Shown: positions 8,043 through 13,314 of the stretch, piece after piece
Numbering within the stretch: the first letter of the stretch is position 1
How the letters are laid out: each line of letters starts with the position of its first letter
Assembly (NCBI GenBank): GCA_964658025.1
Contig: CAZZXB010000086.1
Location: forward strand, 1 to 13,314
Reading direction: 5' to 3'
Source: an uncultured Janthinobacterium sp.
Lineage (GTDB): Bacteria > Vulcanimicrobiota > Vulcanimicrobiia > Vulcanimicrobiales > Vulcanimicrobiaceae
Length of the DNA: 13,314 nucleotides
Program-made: the position numbers and the translations under genes
The notes under the pieces: model-generated
Databases searched by the model: none
The model's input: the letters and a program-made list of their open reading frames with translations, nothing else
Told to the model about the DNA's origin: nothing

Positions 8043-9583
8043 GACGCGCGACTCCGCGGCAACGCGAGCGTGAAACGCGAGCCGCGCGGCTCGCGCGGTG
8101 CGTAACTCACCACGCCGCCGTTCTCTTCGGCGACCTTGCGCACGAGATAGAGTCCGAGGCCCGTGCCGCCGCCGCCGCGCGACGAGGCGCTCGCGAAGCG
8201 CGTGAAGAGCGAGCCGCGCATCGCTTCGGGGACGCCGTACCCGTCGTCGTCGATGACGATCGCGACGTCGTTCTCGCGCTCCTCGACGTTGATCTCCACG
8301 GTCCCGCCTTCGGGCGTGTGTTGGAGCGCGTTCGCGAGGAGGTTGCCGATCGCGCGACGCAGATCGCCGCGATCGCCGAGCGTCGTCGCGTTGTCGCTCG
8401 CGCGAACGCGCATCGCGACGCCGCGCGCGGTCGCGATCGAGTCGAGCTCGCCGCCGACTTGGCGCACGAGATCGCCCGCGTCGATCGGTTCGCGCGCGGG
8501 GACGCGTTCGCCCGACTCGAATCGCGCGACGCTGAGCAACGTCTCGGCGAGTCGCTGGAGGTCGTCCGTGGCGACGATACTGCGGCGGAGCACCTCGCCG
8601 TAAGACGACGGCAGATCGCCGTACGCTCCCGTTTCCGCCTGGCGCAGCGTCATGCCGAGCGCGGCGAGCGGCGTTCGCAGATCGTGCGAGAGCGCGTAGA
8701 TGAGATCGCGGATCACGGCGCTGCGCTCGCCGAGTTCGTCGTTGCGTTCGGCGAGTTGCGCGAAGAGGAGCGCTTGCGTGAGCGCGCCCGAGGACGCACG
8801 GCCGTAGGTCCGCGCGACCGAGGCGATGCCGGGCTTCTCGAAACGCGTCGCGTCGTCCGAGGCGAGGACGAGCACGCCGTAGGCCCGGTCGCGATCGCCG
8901 ACCGGAACGGCGAGCGCGGCGCTCGCTTCGAAGCGGGCGAGTAAGAACGCGCCGAACGCATCGTCGCGACGGACGAACGTCACTTCGCCGTCGTCGAGGA
9001 CGCGACGCACGAGCGAGACGACCTCCGGCGCGTTCGCCGTCTCGTCGACCGAGACGTCGTCGCTCGACGCATCGAAGCGTAGCGACGTGTCGTCGCGTTT
9101 CGTCGGATACCACCGGACGCCCGACGCATCGAAGGCACCGACGGCTTCGCGCACGATCGTGCGGAGCACGAGATCGGTCGAGAGCGAACTGCGGATGCGA
9201 TCGATCGCCGCGGCGAGTTTCCCCTCGCGTCGCGCGCGCGCGTCCTGCGCGGTCAGCGCGCCGAGTTGCTGGGCGCGCTCTTGCGCGACGGTTCCGACGA
9301 ACGCGACGAGCACGATCGCGACGGCGGAGAGGACGCGGTCCGCGATGCCGACGGCCTCCACGTGGCCGTCGTGTCGGGCGTTGACGTAGCCCGCCACGAA
9401 ATCGCCGACGAGGGCGGCACCGGCGAGCGAGGTGGTGAGCCGGGGCGACGCCGCGAACGCCGCGACCGCGATCGGAATCGCGGCGAGGATCGCGACGACG
9501 AGCGCCTGCGGCGTGAAGACGTCGAGCGCGAATACGGCGACGAGCGAGGCCCAAGCGACGAACGGAATCCAGCGCGCGCGCAC
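8039..9583 (-). CDS. Membrane sensor histidine kinase (4 TM - GAF - HisKA - HATPase_c), ~514 aa; resembles the C-terminal half of KdpD
   Basis: Four closely spaced hydrophobic helices at the N-terminus. GAF-like segment (SLSTDLVLRTIVREA...ALAVPVGDRDRAYGVLVL). H-box ALSHDLRTPL, N-box GNLLANALQHT, G1 DDGYGV, F LFTRF, G2 GTGLGL. GTG 9583 is preceded by GGAGA. Confidence 0.93.
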   Translation of the reverse strand: MRARWIPFVAWASLVAVFALDVFTPQALVVAILAAIPIAVAAFAASPRLTTSLAGAALVGDFVAGYVNARHDGHVEAVGIADRVLSAVAIVLVAFVGTVAQERAQQLGALTAQDARARREGKLAAAIDRIRSSLSTDLVLRTIVREAVGAFDASGVRWYPTKRDDTSLRFDASSDDVSVDETANAPEVVSLVRRVLDDGEVTFVRRDDAFGAFLLARFEASAALAVPVGDRDRAYGVLVLASDDATRFEKPGIASVARTYGRASSGALTQALLFAQLAERNDELGERSAVIRDLIYALSHDLRTPLAALGMTLRQAETGAYGDLPSSYGEVLRRSIVATDDLQRLAETLLSVARFESGERVPAREPIDAGDLVRQVGGELDSIATARGVAMRVRASDNATTLGDRGDLRRAIGNLLANALQHTPEGGTVEINVEERENDVAIVIDDDGYGVPEAMRGSLFTRFASASSRGGGGTGLGLYLVRKVAEENGGVVSYAPREPRGSRFTLALPRSRAS

Positions 9584-9637
9584 GCTTTCTCCGTTGGCGG
9601 CACGGGAGGAGCCGCCCTCCGGCGAAAGGGCGATGCG

Positions 9638-11725
9638 GTGGATCGTCCCGACGCGCAGTCTCTCCTCGAAGAACTCGGCTTGGAGCCGCGTCTGACGGTC
9701 TATCTCGGCGGCGCGATCGGCGCGGGGAAGACCCATCGCATCCTCATGGAGGCGCTCGCCCAACATCGCGCCGGGCGACGCGTCGCGATCGGCTGGATCG
9801 AGACGAAGGGTCGCCCCAATCTCGAAGAACTCGCCTCGCGTCTGCCGCAGATTCCGCCCAAGGATTTCGGCGGCACGCTCGATTTCGATCTCGGCGAGGC
9901 GCTACGCAGTAATTACGAAACGATCGTTCTCGACGAGCTCGCGCACAGCAATCCGCCGGGCGCGGCGAGCCCCAAACGCTGGCAGGACGCGCTCGCGCTG
10001 CGCATGGCCGATAAATCCGTGCTGGGTGCGTTCAACGTGCAGCACCTCGAGAACGTCGCGCTCGTCGCCGAACGGATCATCGGGCGGCCGATCGCCGAAG
10101 TCGTGCCGGTCTCGTTCCTCAAAGCGTGCGACTCCGTGATCGCGCTCGACGTCTCGCCGTCGGTGCTCGAATCGCGCTTGCGTGCCGGGCGCATCGTTCG
10201 GGCCGAGGACGTGGATCGCGCGGCGAGCGGGATCTTCAAGCCGCAGAACCTCGCGATGCTCCGCGAGCTCTTACTGCGGACCGTCGACGATCTCACGATC
10301 CCGGTCGTCGCGCCGTCGCGCGCGTCGAACGCGCTCGCCGTGGTCACGCCCGGCTTCGATCCCACGGAGTATCTCACGCGCATCGCCGCGCTCGCCGACG
10401 CGCTCGATCTGACCCTCGAAACGACCGCGTTCGGCGCGCTCGACGACCAGGCGTTCGCGGAGGCGACGCGCGCCGTCGACGCGACGCGCATCCCGCTTCC
10501 GCCCGACATCGAACGCGGCAAGCTCGACGCCGTGCACGCGTCGCTCGTCGCGATCCCGGCCCGCGAGGGGATCGTCGAGCGGCTCCTCCAGCGTCCGCTC
10601 GATCGCGATCTCTACGTCGCGGATCCCGCGCGCGTGCTCCACCATCGCGGTCTCGACGACGCGCGCCATCCGTACGGCAACGCGCTGCGCGATCGGCAGA
10701 AGATCGGGTACGGCAAGCTCACGATCTTTCTCGGTGCCGTGGCCGGTTCTGGTAAGACCTACGCGATGCTCGATCGCGCCGCACAACTCCGCGACGAGGG
10801 CGTCAACGTCGTCGCCGCGCTCATCGAAACGCACGGTCGCGCGGAGACCGCGGCGAAGATGGAGGGGATCGAGACGATCGCCCGCCTCGCCAACGGCGAG
10901 CTCGACACCGATATGTTGCTCGCGCGACGTCCGAAGGTCGCGCTCATCGACGAGCTCGCGCATTCCAACGCCGTCGGCAGTGCGTTCGCGAAACGCTACA
11001 ACGACGTGCTCTCGATCGTGCGCGCGGGCATCGACGTGATGACGACGCTCAACGTCCAGCATCTCGCCGGCCTCGGCGATGCGGTGCAACGGCTCACCGG
11101 CACGCGCGTGCGCGAGACCGTTCCCGACACGATCCTCGAGGTCGCGGACGAAGTGATCTTCATCGACGTCGCGCCCGAGGTGTTGCGCATGCGCCTGCGC
11201 GAGGGGAAGATCTACCCGCCCGAACGCATCGACGCCGCGCTCAAGAACTTTTTTCGGATCGAAAATCTCAAGGCGCTACGCGAGCTCGCGGTCCGCGAGT
11301 TGTTGTTCGCGCGTTCGGAGCGCCGCCGCTCGCGACCGTTCGATCGGCTCGTGCTCGGCGTCGCCGCGCGCGAACGCGACGTCGCGCTCGTCGAACGCGT
11401 CGGGCGCATCGCCGATCGTCTCGGCGCGGAATTTCGCGCGGTGCACGTGGGCAAGGAAGGCGAGGCGCCGAGTCCGGCGCTCGAAGCGCTCGCGCGCGCC
11501 ACGAAGCGCGCGCGCGGCACGTTTCTCGACGATCGCGGTGCCGATCCGGCGGTGCGGCTCGCGCAGATCGCGCACGTCGACGACGCGATCGTCATCGAAT
11601 CGCCGCGCCGCCCGCGCCGCCCGTTCGGCGGTAAATCGTTCGCCTCGCGATTGTGGAAGGCCGGCGCGCGCGAGATCGTGATCTTGGCCCCGGGCGACGC
11701 CGCCGGCGACGACGACGAAACCTGA
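9638..11725 (+). CDS. kdpD: Soluble KdpD-like sensor with two tandem [KdpD N-terminal ATP-binding domain + Usp-like domain] modules, no TM or kinase core, ~695 aa
   Basis: Starts VDRPDAQSLL (cf. KdpD RPDPDxLL) after AAAGGG. Copy 1 (~9692-10280): LTVYLGGAIGAGKT, IETKGR, LDELAHSN, KRWQD, NVQHLE, NLAMLRELLLR. Copy 2 (~10712-11296): GKLTIFLGAVAGSGKTYAML, IETHGRAET, IDELAHSN, TTLNVQHL, VRETVPD, RLREGKIY, NFFRIENLKALRELAVR. Each is followed by a Usp-like alpha/beta segment. The symbol applies to the sensory half of KdpD only. Confidence 0.9.
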   Translation: MDRPDAQSLLEELGLEPRLTVYLGGAIGAGKTHRILMEALAQHRAGRRVAIGWIETKGRPNLEELASRLPQIPPKDFGGTLDFDLGEALRSNYETIVLDELAHSNPPGAASPKRWQDALALRMADKSVLGAFNVQHLENVALVAERIIGRPIAEVVPVSFLKACDSVIALDVSPSVLESRLRAGRIVRAEDVDRAASGIFKPQNLAMLRELLLRTVDDLTIPVVAPSRASNALAVVTPGFDPTEYLTRIAALADALDLTLETTAFGALDDQAFAEATRAVDATRIPLPPDIERGKLDAVHASLVAIPAREGIVERLLQRPLDRDLYVADPARVLHHRGLDDARHPYGNALRDRQKIGYGKLTIFLGAVAGSGKTYAMLDRAAQLRDEGVNVVAALIETHGRAETAAKMEGIETIARLANGELDTDMLLARRPKVALIDELAHSNAVGSAFAKRYNDVLSIVRAGIDVMTTLNVQHLAGLGDAVQRLTGTRVRETVPDTILEVADEVIFIDVAPEVLRMRLREGKIYPPERIDAALKNFFRIENLKALRELAVRELLFARSERRRSRPFDRLVLGVAARERDVALVERVGRIADRLGAEFRAVHVGKEGEAPSPALEALARATKRARGTFLDDRGADPAVRLAQIAHVDDAIVIESPRRPRRPFGGKSFASRLWKAGAREIVILAPGDAAGDDDET

Positions 11726-11764
11726 AGCGATCCGTCGTTCGCGACGGTTCGGACGCGCGTTCGG

Positions 11765-12004
11765 CTAGGCGGATCGCGCGACGTACTGCGCGCGCGTCGC
11801 GTTCCAAACGCACGAGCTACCGTCGTTCATCACGAACGTCGGGCACCCGTCGACCTCGGGGTTGAAGTCGGCGTTGGTCTCTTTCGTCCGGTTCGCGTCT
11901 ACGTTGGGATCCTTGCGCGCGGTCGCGCGTGCCTTGGAGTGATCGAACTGCGGCTTCTTCGCGAGCGCGTTGAGCGCGCCCACCAGCGTCTGAGCTTGCG
12001 TCAT
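11765..12004 (-). CDS. Small hypothetical protein, 79 aa
   Basis: ATG 12004 has a strong SD (GGGAGG, 12012-12017) 7 nt upstream. Protein-like composition, GC-rich third positions, and it fills the gap between flanking genes without overlap. No family recognised. Confidence 0.7.
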   Translation of the reverse strand: MTQAQTLVGALNALAKKPQFDHSKARATARKDPNVDANRTKETNADFNPEVDGCPTFVMNDGSSCVWNATRAQYVARSA

Positions 12005-12070
12005 GGGCGAACCTCCCGATGCGGGTTCTCACGTCGCGACATACTGCGAACTTCGGCGAGCGCACCCGCA

Positions 12071-12490
12071 TCAATCGCTTGCGAACGCCAGTCCGCGACT
12101 CATTGCCGCTGCTGCGAGAGCTCGGTCGAGCGTTGCGAGGCGCGCGTTCGTCGTTATCGCTAACGAAAGGTAAGATGCGTCGTACACCGTGAGCGCGTAC
12201 TGCGCGGCGAGTGCCATCGTCGTCGAGCGCCAATTCGTCGCATCCGGGGGAATGCCGACGATCGCGAGTGCGTCGAGTGCGGCCCCGATCGTCGCGGCGC
12301 GCTCGGTGTCGATCCGCTCGCGCCGCACCAGCAGCGCGAGCACGTTCGCGACTTCGTAGCTCCACAACGTCGGCACGATTGCTCCGTGTGTCTCGACATG
12401 CGTGAGGGCACTCTCAGACAAGTCGTTTCGTTCGTCATCGAGCAACCACGCAAGCGTAATCGACGCATCGACGACGAGCTGCGAAATCAG
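12071..12490 (-). CDS. vapC: Type II toxin, VapC/PIN-domain ribonuclease, ~139 aa
   Basis: LVVDASITLAWLLDDE, VPTLWSYEVANVL, LTVYDASYLSLA and LATLDRAL carry the conserved PIN acidic residues. Start placed at the CTG overlapping the antitoxin TGA; the alternative is TTG 12559 inside the antitoxin. Confidence 0.92.
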   Translation of the reverse strand: MISQLVVDASITLAWLLDDERNDLSESALTHVETHGAIVPTLWSYEVANVLALLVRRERIDTERAATIGAALDALAIVGIPPDATNWRSTTMALAAQYALTVYDASYLSLAITTNARLATLDRALAAAAMSRGLAFASD

Positions 12491-12726
12491 CGGCGCCCCT
12501 CTTCGATGAGCTCCCGAAGGCTCAGGCCCCCGGTGCCCGTACGGTGAGCTCGTAACCAATTCGCCGCCTCGGCGGGCGACGCAAATCGCGTTTCTGGTGC
12601 AGGTACGGGCACCAGTCGCGCCGCCGGTTTACCACGCCGCAAGATTTCGATCGTTTCTCCGGAGGCCGCAGCATCAATCAATTCGGAGAGGCGATTCTTG
12701 GCATCATACGTACTGATCCGACGCAT
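12487..12726 (-). CDS. Type II antitoxin, Phd/YefM (prevent-host-death) family, 79 aa
   Basis: ISTYDAKNRLSELIDAAASGETIEILRRGKPAARLVP is the Phd/YefM N-terminal DNA-binding signature. Lies directly upstream of the PIN toxin. Confidence 0.93.
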   Translation of the reverse strand: MRRISTYDAKNRLSELIDAAASGETIEILRRGKPAARLVPVPAPETRFASPAEAANWLRAHRTGTGGLSLRELIEEGRR

Positions 12727-12731
12727 GTGTT

Positions 12732-12761
12732 ATGCTAGCTACTTGGCTAGCCTCTTGTCAA
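12732..12761 (-). promoter_or_regulatory. Sigma70-type promoter of the TA operon, probably leaderless
   Basis: Minus strand reads TTGACA (12761-12756), 18 nt, TAGCAT (12737-12732), AACAC, ATG. No SD between the -10 and the start codon. Confidence 0.78.
12734..12752. promoter_or_regulatory. Putative antitoxin operator: two GCTAGC palindromes 12 bp apart
   Basis: GCTAGC at 12734-12739 and 12746-12751 (the second extends to GGCTAGCC, 12745-12752), overlapping the -10 and spacer. Confidence 0.7.
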
Positions 12762-12859
12762 GATCGGCGCCTTGCCAAATATTCTCGAGACGCGGCCGAG
12801 CGATGAGGACGTATCCGGATCGTTTGTGTCAAGTTCGAAGCGCTATGGCGGAAGCACCT

Positions 12860-13181
12860 CACGTAAACCCGCAATGGCCCATTTTTTCAAGGCGACGCGC
12901 TCTCGGAGATCACATTTCACCCTCAGGACATCGTGGCAATCGCTGGGCTTTGCAATTCATCCGCTGCAGTCGACGCTGAAACAGTCCGACTCATGGAGCC
13001 GAACGATATCGCGACCGTCGTCGGAACCGCTGCTGAGTGCATTCAGGCTATTGAAGCAGTCAGCGCGGAAGCCGGGGTAGCCGAGGTGATGTTTCTAGAC
13101 CTAGCAACGGACGCGGAGCACCGCAAGAGGACGATTCAGGAGCTCGCGGTAGAAATGGCTCTTCGAGAATGGACAGCCTAA
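12860..13181 (+). pseudogene. Probable C-terminal remnant of an LLM-class (luciferase-like) flavin-dependent oxidoreductase
   Basis: VVGTAAECIQAIEAVSAEAGVAEVMFLDLATDAEHRKRTIQELA resembles the LLM C-terminus (IVGTPEEVxxxLxxLxxxxGVDEIM...RxRSxELLA). IVAIAGLC lies upstream in frame and PAMAHFF in an adjacent frame. No room for the N-terminal two thirds. Left boundary approximate. Confidence 0.5.
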
Positions 13182-13314
13182 TAACAGCGCTCTCAGCCGG
13201 CGTTCGCTCAATTTTTGGCGACCCAATCAATACCATAACCTTTCCGCGGCGACGTTCAGGTGTCCGCCGCCTCAGAAGTTCCCAAATTATTCGAAACGTT
13301 AATTCAAGATTCGC

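Noticed and set aside
7410..9554. Apparent 714-aa response regulator with a long N-terminal extension
   Set aside because: The extension is an off-frame read of the kinase gene. The REC domain begins at GTG 8042 with a typical GTGA overlap.
9266..9766. Apparent 500-bp head-to-head overlap between the kinase and the KdpD-like ORFs
   Set aside because: Artefact of longest-ORF starts. Homology and SD-like sequences put the starts at 9583 and 9638, leaving a 54-bp spacer.
13060..13314. Minus-strand frame open from the right edge (ANLELTFRIIWELLRRR...)
   Set aside because: No recognisable motif, it overlaps the LLM-like remnant, and it cannot be judged without the adjacent sequence.
1..13314. 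CRISPR array, tRNA/rRNA, riboswitch (including c-di-AMP ydaO type near the KdpD-like gene), IS or integrase
   Set aside because: No spaced repeats, cloverleaf, transposase or recombinase motifs seen. The spacer before the KdpD-like gene is too short for a ydaO riboswitch. No covariance search could be run.

Overview
High-GC, CG-dinucleotide-rich bacterial chromosomal segment. My impression from composition is a Terrabacteria lineage such as Vulcanimicrobiota/Eremiobacterota, which I cannot verify. Left to right: the 5' part of a cupin_5 gene (-), a ZwfB-like glucose-6-phosphate dehydrogenase (-), a FUSC-family membrane protein (+), a lipoprotein glucose/sorbosone-dehydrogenase-like beta-propeller (+), a DHA2 (EmrB/QacA) MFS exporter (-), a NarL/LuxR response regulator coupled to a 4TM-GAF-HisKA kinase (-), a divergent soluble protein made of two tandem KdpD-sensor+Usp modules (+), an orphan 79-aa ORF (-), a Phd/YefM-VapC toxin-antitoxin pair (-), and a lower-GC tail with a probable luciferase-like monooxygenase remnant. 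The most notable element is a split KdpD-type signalling system whose cytoplasmic sensor is internally duplicated (one canonical and one divergent copy), with no kdpFABC in the window. The TA module shows a likely leaderless promoter, twin GCTAGC operator palindromes and an apparent CTG start for the toxin. All calls are by-eye motif recognition; no searches were run.
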